Source: Escherichia coli (lineage in GTDB: Bacteria > Pseudomonadota > Gammaproteobacteria > Enterobacterales > Enterobacteriaceae). Taken from it: a stretch of DNA of 64,000 nucleotides. The notes under the pieces are model-generated. The model made no database searches. It was given only the letters and a program-made list of their open reading frames with translations, and was not told the origin of the DNA. Positions 24,343 through 37,652 of the stretch are shown here, piece after piece; the first letter of the stretch is position 1, and the number at the start of each line of letters is the position of its first letter. The position numbers and the translations under genes are program-made. The stretch lies in NCBI RefSeq assembly GCF_036507355.1, contig NZ_AP027877.1. One strand, given 5' to 3'.

Positions 24343-24440
24343 TGATGCGCTACGCTTATCAGGCCTACGCAATCTCTGCAATATATTGAATTTGCGTGCT
24401 TTTTAGGCCAGATAAGGCGTTCACGCCGCATCCGGCACTC
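24343..24440. repeat. REP palindromic elements
   Basis: GCCTGATGCGCTACGCTTATCAGGCCTAC and AGGCCAGATAAGGCGTTCACGCCGCATCCGGC motifs. Confidence 0.8.
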
Positions 24441-24567
24441 TGTGCCAGTAATCTGAAACTCCCACGTTGTTCAGGAGTTTTTTATCCGCTTCTGGACATT
24501 TTCTCTACAGAACAATCGTTATCCCGGAAGGTCGAATCTGTGACTCTTATTTTCACGGACGAACCAG

Positions 24568-25185
24568 ATGAAAGCTTCACTGGCGCTGCTCAGCCTGCTA
24601 ACGGCATTTACCAGCCACTCCTTAAAATCTCCCGCCGTTCCACCAACCGTGGTACAAATCCAGGCCAATACCAACCTTGCCATCGCAGACGGTGCCAGAC
24701 AGCAAATCGGCAGCACGCTATTTTACGATCCGGCGTATGTGCAGCTTACCTATCCTGGCGGTGATGTCCCGCAAGAACGCGGGGTATGTTCCGATGTGGT
24801 GATCCGTGCATTGCGCAGCCAGAAGGTCGATTTGCAGAAACTGGTGCACGAAGATATGGCGAAGAATTTTGCCGATTATCCGCAAAAGTGGAAGTTAAAG
24901 CGCCCGGACAGCAACATCGATCACCGTCGGGTGCCTAATCTGGAAACCTGGTTTACCCGCCACGATAAAACACGCCCCACCAGCAAGAACCCCAGTGACT
25001 ATCAAGCGGGCGACATTGTCTCCTGGCGATTAGATAACGGGCTGGCACATATTGGGGTGGTGTCAGATGGCTTCGCCCGCGACGGTACGCCGCTGGTGAT
25101 ACATAACATTGGCGCAGGTGCGCAGGAAGAAGATGTGCTGTTTAGCTGGCGCATGGTGGGGCATTATCGTTATTTTGTTAAATAA
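24568..25185 (+). CDS. yijF: conserved exported protein of unknown function
   Basis: 205-aa ORF with signal peptide; synteny. Confidence 0.8.
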   Translation: MKASLALLSLLTAFTSHSLKSPAVPPTVVQIQANTNLAIADGARQQIGSTLFYDPAYVQLTYPGGDVPQERGVCSDVVIRALRSQKVDLQKLVHEDMAKNFADYPQKWKLKRPDSNIDHRRVPNLETWFTRHDKTRPTSKNPSDYQAGDIVSWRLDNGLAHIGVVSDGFARDGTPLVIHNIGAGAQEEDVLFSWRMVGHYRYFVK

Positions 25186-25211
25186 GCGATCGCCCCACAT
25201 GAAGAAAAAAT

Positions 25212-26117
25212 TCAGATCCTTTTTACACTAACGGCTTCTTTTTTCTTACGGCTCACCAGCGCCAGTGCCAGCACAATCAGCACAATACCGCTACCTTCAA
25301 CGGTCCCCGGATTCTCGTCGAGCAGCCACCAGGAAAAGAGTACGCCGCAAACGGGAACGGCCAGTGTGCTTAAGCTGGCAATACTGGCAGGCAAGTTTTT
25401 CAATACAAACAACCATAAGCTCCACGCCAACGCCGTCGCCAGAATCGCACTGTAGGCCAGAGCCCAGAACACAGTGGGCTGCCAGTCAATTTCACGTTGC
25501 GGCACCAGTAAAGCGACCACACTCATCACCAGCGCCGCATAGAGCATCTGCCAGGATGTTAACGACAATAAATCCACGCGCGGATGACGGGCATACAGAC
25601 GTTTAGCAACAATCGCGCTCGCCCCCCAACTAACACCGGAGAGGATTGCCAGCATGGCACTTTTCATCGAAGAGAAATCGAGTTGCCACGGCTGCAACAC
25701 CAAAAATAAGCCGAAAGCGGCAATCAGAATCGCGAAATATTGCCCACGTCGCAGGCGTTCACCGAGAAACACCGCGGCGAAAATCACCACCCAGAACGGC
25801 ATGGTATAGCTCAGGATCGCCACCTTCCCCGCTCCGCCGCTGACCAGCGCCCACTGCGCCAGGCCAACCATCCCGCAGGTTTGTAACAGGGCAATGGCTA
25901 AGGTGTATTTAAACGGTGTCGGGCGCATTCCGCGACCACGTAATAAAAGGACGATGAATAAAACGAGAGCGCCGAAAATGCAGCGTAAGGCGGTAAAGTC
26001 GAAGGCACCGATGTAGCTGGTGACTTGCTTCATGAAAATCCAGCTATAACTCCAGATAAGTGTGAGCACAACCAGGCCACTGATTGCCAGTGGGTTGCTC
26101 TTTCCTGCGGCAGACAT
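25212..26117 (-). CDS. yijE: EamA/DMT-family transporter
   Basis: 301 aa, about 10 TM helices; synteny. Confidence 0.8.
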   Translation of the reverse strand: MSAAGKSNPLAISGLVVLTLIWSYSWIFMKQVTSYIGAFDFTALRCIFGALVLFIVLLLRGRGMRPTPFKYTLAIALLQTCGMVGLAQWALVSGGAGKVAILSYTMPFWVVIFAAVFLGERLRRGQYFAILIAAFGLFLVLQPWQLDFSSMKSAMLAILSGVSWGASAIVAKRLYARHPRVDLLSLTSWQMLYAALVMSVVALLVPQREIDWQPTVFWALAYSAILATALAWSLWLFVLKNLPASIASLSTLAVPVCGVLFSWWLLDENPGTVEGSGIVLIVLALALVSRKKKEAVSVKRI

Positions 26118-26210
26118 GAGAGATCCAGTGTGTAGTTTTCCTGTGGACACTATACGCCGGTAAAGAAACTTCAGCGACTGCCTGAAAGACAGTCGCTGAA
26201 GAAGGTCAGA

Positions 26211-28445
<2,235 letters not shown>

Positions 28446-28719
28446 TTATAATTGAATTAATCCACGGATGCGATAGTTGAGATCTTACATATTGTTGGTT
28501 AAAGAGATGTAGATCAAATTGATCGTAATTAAGCTTTTTTGATTATGTCCGAATTCGGACAAATGCTTTATAAAAAAGGGTTTTAGCTTCATATCCTTCA
28601 AGTAATGAGGGAGAAAACAAGGCTGATAACCTTATTTTCCCGCCCTCATTTCGAGGCAGCATTTTGTGCTCTGTTTAAAATTTGTGATCACTGTGTGATT
28701 TTCGCAAAAGCCACACTAT

Positions 28720-29613
<894 letters not shown>

Positions 29614-29666
29614 TTACCTCATCAATCGCTTGTCGTTATATGTTGTGTTGTGCACATCTATCCGTT

Positions 29667-29690
29667 TAGACGTCCAGATGTAAAGATGAA
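29667..29690 (-). promoter_or_regulatory. tandem MetJ boxes (metF operator)
   Basis: AGACGTCC AGATGTAA AGATGAAG: three 8-bp repeats resembling the AGACGTCT metbox consensus, upstream of metF. Confidence 0.6.
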
Positions 29691-30026
29691 GGAAAAGCCG
29701 AAGGGCGTCAACCGAAAAATGACCAATGATGGTGAGGAAAAATCAGGGAAGATGAATTTTCTTCATCTGTATATGGGAGTAGATAGGTTCTCTCGCATTA
29801 TCGCGTCGTGAAGTAATGAATAAATGCTTAAGCCATCGGCTGGAAATTTATTTAAATAAGAGTTAATTAATATTCACGACGGTGTTAGCTGAACACTTAT
29901 TTAAATAAAACAAATAGATACCATAATTTGCATTCATTACTGCATGTTTATTATTTGAACTACTTCAAACTATTAATAATTTTTCAAAAATTATGTTGCA
30001 GAGCAATTATGTATCCCCCACGATAA

Positions 30027-30054
30027 GTAGAACGTTCTACTAGAACGTTCTACT
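30027..30054. promoter_or_regulatory. tandem palindromic operator candidates GTAGAACGTTCTAC x2
   Basis: Two adjacent copies of a 14-bp palindrome with central AACGTT (LacI-family operator style) about 55-80 bp upstream of the PTS gene; coordinates +/-1. Confidence 0.6.
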
Positions 30055-30108
30055 TATACAAAAAAGACTAATTCGCGCAGCTTTATGCGCTATTCGGGGG
30101 AAATCAGC

Positions 30109-31434
30109 ATGAGTCTGATGTCGAGTTTCGTGAAGTCACTTTCTAAATTATCGATGATTGGTCGCGCCCTAATGCTACCAATTTCGCTTCTGCCTGCCGC
30201 GGGGTTGTTACTCGCGTTCGGCGATAAATTCCATTTGCCGTTGATGATGAATGCGGGCGGCATTATTTTTGATAACTTGCCGATGCTTTTTGCTATCGGT
30301 TCCGCCGTAGGGCTGGCTTCTGAATCGGGAATTGCGGCGTTATCCGCAGCCGTTTCCGTTTTTGTCACCAATATCACCATCAGCACCGTACTTAGCATTA
30401 CGCCAGAAATGGCCGGGCAAGGCGGCAAATACGCGATGGTGGTGGGGATCCCAACACTGCAAATGGGCGTTTTTGGCGGCCTGATATGCGGGATTCTGGC
30501 GGCGTGGTGTTACAACCGTTTTCATACAATGCAATTGCCAGAATTCCTTGGTTTTTTCTCCGGAAAACGCTTTGTGGCTATCGCGACGGCTTTTCTCTCC
30601 TTCATTCTTGGCTTGTCACTGCCTTATGTCTGGCAACACATTCAGTCAGGAATCGATGCGTTATCGGTTATCGTTAATGGTAACAACCAGGCAGCATCAA
30701 CCTTTATTTTTGGTGTAACTGAACGGGCGCTCATTCCGCTTGGCCTGCACCACATCTGGTATCCATCGTTTTGGTATTCTTTTGGGGATTACACTACCCA
30801 TGCCGGGCAAATGATTCACGGCGATCAGACGATTTGGTTCAAGATGTTGGAAGAAGGGGTGAAATCATTTAGCAGCGACAGTTATCATGACGCTGGTAAA
30901 TTTATGCAAGGTGAATTCCCACTGATGCTGTTTGCCCTGCCTGCGGCGTGCCTGGCGATGTATCTGCTGCATGCACATATTGCCAAATCCTTCTCTGCGG
31001 GGCTTATTGACTATATTTCGTTTGGTATCCTGCCATCCTTTAATGGCTACGAAACCAACTTCCTGAGCGCCATTATCGTCGGCGTGCCAATGGCGGTGAT
31101 CTACTACTTCACCTTCCGCTTTGTTATTCGTCGTTTTGATGTAAAAACGCCTGGTCGCACCGAAACTACGGTTAGCGCTAATGATAAATCCGATGACGAG
31201 CTGGCAACAGAAATCATCACGCTGCTTGGCGGTCAGCAAAACGTTAAATCGGTAGGTTCCTGCATCACGCGTTTACGTCTGGAAGTCTCTGATAAAGAAG
31301 CGGTGGATCAGGATGGTCTGAATAATATTGGCGCCCGTGGCGTGGTTTTTGTCGGCGATAACGGCATTCAGGTAATTTTTGGCGCGCGAGCGCAATTTAT
31401 CGCGCAAACCATGTCGACGATGATCGGTAAATAG
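30109..31434 (+). CDS. PTS EIICB component, glucose/maltose family
   Basis: EIIC domain with FGVTERALIPLGLHHIWY motif and C-terminal EIIB with CITRLR phosphocysteine motif; start at internal ATG with GGGGGA SD (track ORF starts 30085). Confidence 0.85.
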   Translation: MSLMSSFVKSLSKLSMIGRALMLPISLLPAAGLLLAFGDKFHLPLMMNAGGIIFDNLPMLFAIGSAVGLASESGIAALSAAVSVFVTNITISTVLSITPEMAGQGGKYAMVVGIPTLQMGVFGGLICGILAAWCYNRFHTMQLPEFLGFFSGKRFVAIATAFLSFILGLSLPYVWQHIQSGIDALSVIVNGNNQAASTFIFGVTERALIPLGLHHIWYPSFWYSFGDYTTHAGQMIHGDQTIWFKMLEEGVKSFSSDSYHDAGKFMQGEFPLMLFALPAACLAMYLLHAHIAKSFSAGLIDYISFGILPSFNGYETNFLSAIIVGVPMAVIYYFTFRFVIRRFDVKTPGRTETTVSANDKSDDELATEIITLLGGQQNVKSVGSCITRLRLEVSDKEAVDQDGLNNIGARGVVFVGDNGIQVIFGARAQFIAQTMSTMIGK

Positions 31435-31515
31435 CCTTAAGATTACTCGATGTCAGAGGTTCTGGTCCCTGACCAGAACCTTCTTGCTATTTAAAGAATC
31501 AACGTTGTTCAGGGA

Positions 31516-32538
31516 GTGAGTTTGAAGAAAGTCAGCATAATTGATGTTGCTAAAAGAGCCGGAGTTTCCGTCTCTACCGTGTCGCTAGTGCTGCGCCAGA
31601 AAGGGAAAATCTCAGAGGCGACCATCGGGAAAGTTCATGCTGCTATTGACGAACTGGGCTACGTGCATAATGTTGCCGCCGCCAATTTACGTTCCCACAC
31701 TTCAAATCTTATCGGACTGATTTTACGTGATTTTAGCGATAGCTTTTCCATCAAAGTGATGGCTAGCATTGTTCAGGAACTGGAAGCCAAGGGCTATATG
31801 GTATTCCTTGGGCAACCACAGAACGAACATGAACATCTTGAACGTTGTTTACTTTCCTTCAAGCAACAAGGTGTTGCCGGAGTGATTTATCTGGCTTCCG
31901 ATGCGCATCGTGAAACCCTACCCACACTAATCCGCCAGTGTTCGCTTCCCCTTGTCGTCGCGTCACAAACGCCCATCAAAGATGAGTGCAACCTGGTGTT
32001 GCGTGACAACCAGCAGGCAGCAAGCCTTGCCACACGTTATTTAATTGAGCGCGGCCATCGTTACATTGCCTATCTCGGTGGCAGAGAAAGCGATCTTATC
32101 CGTCAGCAGCGACTGGTTGGTTTTCGCCAGACCCTGGCAAAATTTGGCATTGCCTGCCGTGACGAGTTCACGCCAGCCTGTGACGATGACACCTGGGCCG
32201 CCAGCATGGCAACGCGCCAGTTGCTGGAAAATAACAACGCCATTACCGCCCTGCTCTGCCATTCGCCCGACGCTATGATTGGCGGTATCAACGGCATACA
32301 TCAGGTGGGGCGCACCGTTGGGAAAGACGTCTTTCTGACCCAGCAGGTAGCATTAATTGGTTTTGAAGATATGTTGCATATCAACCTGACCTCTCCTGTT
32401 TTCACCTATGTATCTTCCGCCAGTGAAGAAACCGGACGCCAGGCAGCGACCCTGATGATTCGCAAATTAAAAGACCAGGAATTGCAAACCCAAAGAATTG
32501 CGCTTTCCGGGGAACTGGTGGTGCGGGAATCGGCGTAA
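31516..32538 (+). CDS. LacI-family transcriptional regulator (MalI-like)
   Basis: N-terminal HTH DVAKRAGVSVSTVSLVL and periplasmic-binding-protein-like effector domain; GTG/TTG start. Confidence 0.85.
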   Translation: MSLKKVSIIDVAKRAGVSVSTVSLVLRQKGKISEATIGKVHAAIDELGYVHNVAAANLRSHTSNLIGLILRDFSDSFSIKVMASIVQELEAKGYMVFLGQPQNEHEHLERCLLSFKQQGVAGVIYLASDAHRETLPTLIRQCSLPLVVASQTPIKDECNLVLRDNQQAASLATRYLIERGHRYIAYLGGRESDLIRQQRLVGFRQTLAKFGIACRDEFTPACDDDTWAASMATRQLLENNNAITALLCHSPDAMIGGINGIHQVGRTVGKDVFLTQQVALIGFEDMLHINLTSPVFTYVSSASEETGRQAATLMIRKLKDQELQTQRIALSGELVVRESA

Positions 32539-32611
32539 TACACATGCCGAATGAGATGTACGTCGACATCGTCATCCGGCAATAAGGTGTAAACCAACTC
32601 AATAACTACTT

Positions 32612-33124
32612 TTATTTGATATCTTTCACGCGCATACCGTTGAGCTGTTCATCCGTGATGGCGTTACCCGCTTTGAAGTAATCAACCACGGCGTGATAAA
32701 CGTAATAACCGCCCGTTGTGTTGCGCGCTTTCCCCTCGATAAATGCGGTAAAGCCATCACCGCCATCAGCAAGGAAACTCTGAGTAGCAATATGGTAAAC
32801 CGTCGCATCTTCAATCGGTTTGCCATTTAGAGTCAACGTGATTACGCGCTGACCAACCGGCTTACTGCTGTCGTACTTCATTTCCAGGCCTTTCGATACC
32901 TGTAAAACGCCATTACTTAAACTTGCGCCGTGTTCCATCAAACTGCGTAATTGTTTCCCCGAGAGATCCATCGTCACCAGTTCGTTGGGGAACGGGAAGG
33001 TACTGATGACGCCGCCCATCGTAATCGCCCCTGCGGGGATCTCATTGCTAATACCGCCAGAGTTGGTTAACGCCAATTGGGTATTTTTACCCGCCGCTAC
33101 CAATAAAACCGTTAGATGGTATGT
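32612..33124 (-). pseudogene. 3' remnant of a 5'-nucleotidase / cyclic-nucleotide phosphodiesterase (C-terminal domain only)
   Basis: Open frame covers only a C-terminal substrate-binding-like domain; in-frame stop immediately upstream, no metallophosphatase domain. Confidence 0.55.
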
Positions 33125-33279
33125 TCATTAACGGGCGGAAATAGCAACAAAGCCAAAATACTCTCTTTAGCAACCAGCAGAGAATTTATCTACTGGCTAC
33201 ATAAACAGGCAGAATTTACTCACAGCGCCCCGCTTTCCGCAGGGCGCGTTACGCAAATACTGCTTTCTCTGGCCCAGGA

Positions 33280-35712
33280 TTACAACAACTGCGCCAGCCG
33301 ATTAATATCCGACTGAATCGCCCCGGCCGTCACGTCGCGCCCTGCGCCAGGTCCGCGGATCACCAGCGGGTTGTCGCGATACCAACGGCTTTCGATGGCA
33401 AAGACGTTATCGCACGGCAGCAGTGATGCCAGCGGATGGTCTTCACGCACCGCTTCCACGCCCACACGCGCTTTGCCGTTGGCATCGAAACGCGCCACAT
33501 AGCGCAGCACCAGCCCCATTTCGCGGGCCGCTTCCAGCCGTTGCACCATCTGCTCGTTAAGTTCATCGCCATTTTCAAAGAAATGGTCGATGCTGCCGCC
33601 TTCACAATGGGCTGGCACCAGTGATTCCACACGTACCTGATCTGGTTCGATGTCGTAACCGGCTTCACGCGCCAGAATCACCAGCTTGCGCATTACGTCT
33701 TTGCCGGAGAGGTCGTCACGCGGATCAGGCTCGGTTAAGCCCTGCTGCCACGCCTGATCCACCAGCTCGGTAAACGGCACGCTACCGTCGAATTGCAGGA
33801 ACAGCCAGGAGAGCGTGCCGGAGAAGATCCCACTGATCGACAAAATAGTATCGCCGCTGTCGATCAGATCGCGCACGGTGTGGTTGATCGGCAAGCCCGC
33901 ACCGACGGTGGCGTTGTACAGCCAGTGACGCCCGGTTTTTTCGAAGGCGTCGTGGATCTGGCGATATTTATTGCTGTCGCTTGCTCCCGCCAGTTTGTTG
34001 GCACTGATGACGTGGAAACCGTGGCTGGCGAAATCAAGATACTGGTCAGCCAGCTGCTGGCTGGCGGTAACGTCCAGCACCAATAAATCATCATACGGAT
34101 GGGCGCGCATCCACAGGAACAACGACTCTTCATCCTGCTCGACCGCTTCATCGTTGAAGAAGGCTAACGCGCGGCTGGCGTCCAGCCCGTCATAACTCAA
34201 CAGGCTGCGGCGGCTGTCCACCACACCTGCCAGCACAAATTCAAATCCGGTACGCGCCGAAAGCGTGCTCTGCTCACGAGCGAACAGTTCCAGCCAGCGG
34301 GAACCGATATTGCCTTTGCCGAACAATACCAGGCCGATGCGTTTTTCTGCGCGGAAGACGGACTGATGCAGCCCCTGAATCAGGCTTTCGGTTGGTCCGG
34401 TGCGCAGTACTGCCACCAGGCTGATGCCGTCATCCGACTGCCAGGTAAACTCGACAGGCTGGCCTTTCAGTTGCTGCCAGAAGCGGTGGCAATGCAGCGG
34501 GTTACGGGTGACGCCCGCCCCGACCATCGCCACCAGCGCCAGCCCCTGACGCAGGCGCAGTTCGCCAGGTAATCCAACTTCGTCGAGGATTTTCAGCGCA
34601 CTGTCAGCCACTTCTGAGGTGTAGCAAAATTGCAGCAACTGGCGATCGTTATGTACGCCAACCGCCAACGGACGCACCTGCGCGCGTTTCAGGATTTGGT
34701 CGATCTCTTTATGCGCCAGTTTGAAATCCTGACTGGTAGGCACCTGAAACTCAATCAAACAGACATCATCGTGGCTAGTGACAATACGCGCGCCTGTACC
34801 AGAGGCCAGCACGCGTTCAATGCGCGTGGAGCCTTGATCCGGCGTGTAGCTACAGCGCAGTTGCAGGTCGATTTCGCTGCCAGAAACCGGCTGTAAAGTA
34901 CGGGCGTGAAGAACGGGAGCCGCCAGACGCGCCAGTTCGCTGGCTTCATCAAGACGCAGCAATGGCAGCAGGCAGGCATCTTTCACTTTGCGCGGGTCGG
35001 CACTGTATACCCCGGCGACGTCGCTCCAGATGGTTACGCGAGAAACACCCGCCAGCGCACCGATTTGTGTCGCGGAATAGTCGGAACCGTTACGCCCCAG
35101 CAGCACCGTTTCACCGGCGTTGTTACGGCTGATAAATCCGGTCACCACCAGACGTTTACCCGGATGTTGTACCAGTAGCTGTTGCAGCAACGGGTAAGAA
35201 AGCCCTTCATCAACCTGCGGTTGTGCGGCGCGTTCAGCACGTAAAAACTCGCGGGCATCAAGCCAGGCCGCTGGCAGCCCTTGTTGATTAAGTACCGCAG
35301 ACATCAGGCGCGCCGACCACACTTCCCCGTGGCCCACCACTTCTGCGTATACCGCGTCATTAATACCGCTGTCGAGCAGCGCCGCCAGGCGCTCAAGATC
35401 GCTGACAAAGGCGCTAATGAGGCTATCGGCTTCTTCGGCGGGTAACAGGCCGCTAATCAGATCGCACTGATAGCGACGCAGTGTTTGTTGAACCTGATGC
35501 GCAGAGAGACGATCGGTCTGGCTTAGTTTCAACCAGTTAATCAACTGGTTAGTGGTGCTACCGGCGGCGGAAACCACCATCATATCGTCGGGCTGGGAGT
35601 ACTCAGCCATAATGCCCGCGACACGCAAATAACACTTCACATCAGCCAGACTACTGCCACCAAATTTATGCAGCTGACGACCTTTCGCCCCTGCCTGCGC
35701 AATCACACTCAT
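33280..35712 (-). CDS. metL: bifunctional aspartokinase II / homoserine dehydrogenase II
   Basis: 810-aa ORF, metBL operon. Confidence 0.95.
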   Translation of the reverse strand: MSVIAQAGAKGRQLHKFGGSSLADVKCYLRVAGIMAEYSQPDDMMVVSAAGSTTNQLINWLKLSQTDRLSAHQVQQTLRRYQCDLISGLLPAEEADSLISAFVSDLERLAALLDSGINDAVYAEVVGHGEVWSARLMSAVLNQQGLPAAWLDAREFLRAERAAQPQVDEGLSYPLLQQLLVQHPGKRLVVTGFISRNNAGETVLLGRNGSDYSATQIGALAGVSRVTIWSDVAGVYSADPRKVKDACLLPLLRLDEASELARLAAPVLHARTLQPVSGSEIDLQLRCSYTPDQGSTRIERVLASGTGARIVTSHDDVCLIEFQVPTSQDFKLAHKEIDQILKRAQVRPLAVGVHNDRQLLQFCYTSEVADSALKILDEVGLPGELRLRQGLALVAMVGAGVTRNPLHCHRFWQQLKGQPVEFTWQSDDGISLVAVLRTGPTESLIQGLHQSVFRAEKRIGLVLFGKGNIGSRWLELFAREQSTLSARTGFEFVLAGVVDSRRSLLSYDGLDASRALAFFNDEAVEQDEESLFLWMRAHPYDDLLVLDVTASQQLADQYLDFASHGFHVISANKLAGASDSNKYRQIHDAFEKTGRHWLYNATVGAGLPINHTVRDLIDSGDTILSISGIFSGTLSWLFLQFDGSVPFTELVDQAWQQGLTEPDPRDDLSGKDVMRKLVILAREAGYDIEPDQVRVESLVPAHCEGGSIDHFFENGDELNEQMVQRLEAAREMGLVLRYVARFDANGKARVGVEAVREDHPLASLLPCDNVFAIESRWYRDNPLVIRGPGAGRDVTAGAIQSDINRLAQLL

Positions 35713-35714
35713 TT

Positions 35715-36875
35715 TTACCCCTTGTTTGCAGCCCGGAAGCCATTTTCCAGGTCGGCAATTAAATCTTCGCCATCTTCAATACCGGTGGAGATACGCAGCA
35801 GCGTCTCGGAGATCCCGGCGGCAGCACGCGCTTCTGGTGCCATGCCTGCATGTGTCATGGTTGCGGCGTGAGAGATTAAACTTTCCACTCCCCCTAATGA
35901 TTCCGCCAGCGTAAACAACGACAGCCCGCCCAGGAAACGACGCAGCGTCTGCTCATCGCCATCCAGTTCAAAACTCAACATTGCGCCAAAGCCTTTTTGC
36001 TGGCGCGCGGCAATTTCATGCCCCTGATTTTCCGGCAGCGACGGGTGATACAGTTTTTTCACCAACGGCTGGGTTTGCAGGTATTTCACAATCGCCTGCG
36101 CGTTGCGCTGCGCCAGCTCCATACGCGGCACCAGCGTTCGCAACCCGCGTAGCAGCAGATAGCTGTCAAACGCGCCGCCCGTCACGCCAATATTGTTTGC
36201 CCACCAGGCAAGTTCAGTGACAACGTCCGGGTCTTTAGCAATCACCACGCCAGCCACCACGTCAGAGTGACCGTTCAGATATTTCGTACATGAATGCAAC
36301 ACCAGATCGGCACCCAATGCCAGCGGATTTTGTAATGCCGGGCTTAAGAAGGTGTTATCCACCACGCTCACCGCCCCGACTTCCCTTGCCAGATGGCAGA
36401 TTTTCGCAATATCCACGACGCGTAACAATGGATTACTTGGGCTTTCTACCAGTACCAGTTTGGGTTTTTCTGCCAGCGCTGCCCGTAATGCCTGTTCATC
36501 GCCTTGATCAACAAACAACACGCGATAGCAACCGCGTTTCGCCAGGCTGTCGAACAGGCGATAGCTACCGCCGTAGCAGTCGTGCGGCGCAACCAGCAGA
36601 TCGCCAGGTTTCAAAAAGACGGTCGTTACCAGGTGAATCGCGGACATGCCGGTATTAGTAAGTACTGCACCAGCACCGCCTTCCAGTTCTGCCAGCGCAC
36701 GCTGAACCACATCGCGCGTTGGGTTGCCGCGACGCGAGTAATCATGCGCGCGCGGTTCATTAAATCCGGTAAAGTTATAGGTGCTGGAAAGATGGATGGG
36801 AGGGACAACGCAACCATACTGTTCGTCGTCATTTAACCCGCTACGCACTGCGATGGTGGCCTGTTTACGCGTCAT
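35715..36875 (-). CDS. metB: cystathionine gamma-synthase
   Basis: 386 aa from MTRKQATIAVR; PLP enzyme. Confidence 0.95.
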   Translation of the reverse strand: MTRKQATIAVRSGLNDDEQYGCVVPPIHLSSTYNFTGFNEPRAHDYSRRGNPTRDVVQRALAELEGGAGAVLTNTGMSAIHLVTTVFLKPGDLLVAPHDCYGGSYRLFDSLAKRGCYRVLFVDQGDEQALRAALAEKPKLVLVESPSNPLLRVVDIAKICHLAREVGAVSVVDNTFLSPALQNPLALGADLVLHSCTKYLNGHSDVVAGVVIAKDPDVVTELAWWANNIGVTGGAFDSYLLLRGLRTLVPRMELAQRNAQAIVKYLQTQPLVKKLYHPSLPENQGHEIAARQQKGFGAMLSFELDGDEQTLRRFLGGLSLFTLAESLGGVESLISHAATMTHAGMAPEARAAAGISETLLRISTGIEDGEDLIADLENGFRAANKG

Positions 36876-37151
36876 GTGATGAAGTTCCCTGGGCTTGGTC
36901 GGTGAAATGTCAGGCACCAGAGTAAACATTGTGTTAATGGACGTCAATACATCTGGACATCTAAACTTCTTTGCGTATAGATTGAGCAAATCCCAAATAG
37001 CCGTTAAAATTATATGCATTATCACGCCGACAGGTGCATTACACGATGTCACGGTAACGCCTGTACGGTAAACTATGCGGGTTTACGGTCAGTACCCACA
37101 TAAATTGTGCGGTCTGGTCTCAATTTATTGACGAAGAGGATTAAGTATCTC

Positions 37152-37469
37152 ATGGCTGAATGGAGCGGCGAATATATCAGCCCATACGCTGAGCACGGCA
37201 AGAAGAGTGAACAAGTCAAAAAGATTACGGTTTCCATTCCTCTTAAGGTGTTAAAAATCCTCACCGATGAACGCACGCGTCGTCAGGTGAACAACCTGCG
37301 TCACGCTACCAACAGCGAGCTGCTGTGCGAAGCGTTTCTGCATGCCTTTACCGGGCAACCTTTGCCGGATGATGCCGATCTGCGTAAAGAGCGCAGCGAC
37401 GAAATCCCGGAAGCGGCAAAAGAGATCATGCGTGAGATGGGGATTAACCCGGAGACGTGGGAATACTAA
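37152..37469 (+). CDS. metJ: methionine repressor
   Basis: 105 aa [18 protein letters not shown], divergent from metB. Confidence 0.95.
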
Positions 37470-37494
37470 AGCGGAAAAGAGCGGCGCGGAGTGG

Positions 37495-37600
37495 AATCGC
37501 CTGATGCGCTACGCTTATCAGGCCTACGTCATATTGCAATTTATTGAATTTGCACGAACTTGTAGGCCGGATAAGGCGTTCACGCCGCATCCGGCATAAA
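37495..37600. repeat. REP palindromic elements
   Basis: GCCTGATGCGCTACGCTTATCAGGCCTACG and GTAGGCCGGATAAGGCGTTCACGCCGCATCCGGC. Confidence 0.8.
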
Positions 37601-37652
37601 CAACGAGCACGTTGTCTGCGACCCACCGCTTTTTATACATGGACGTTTAACG

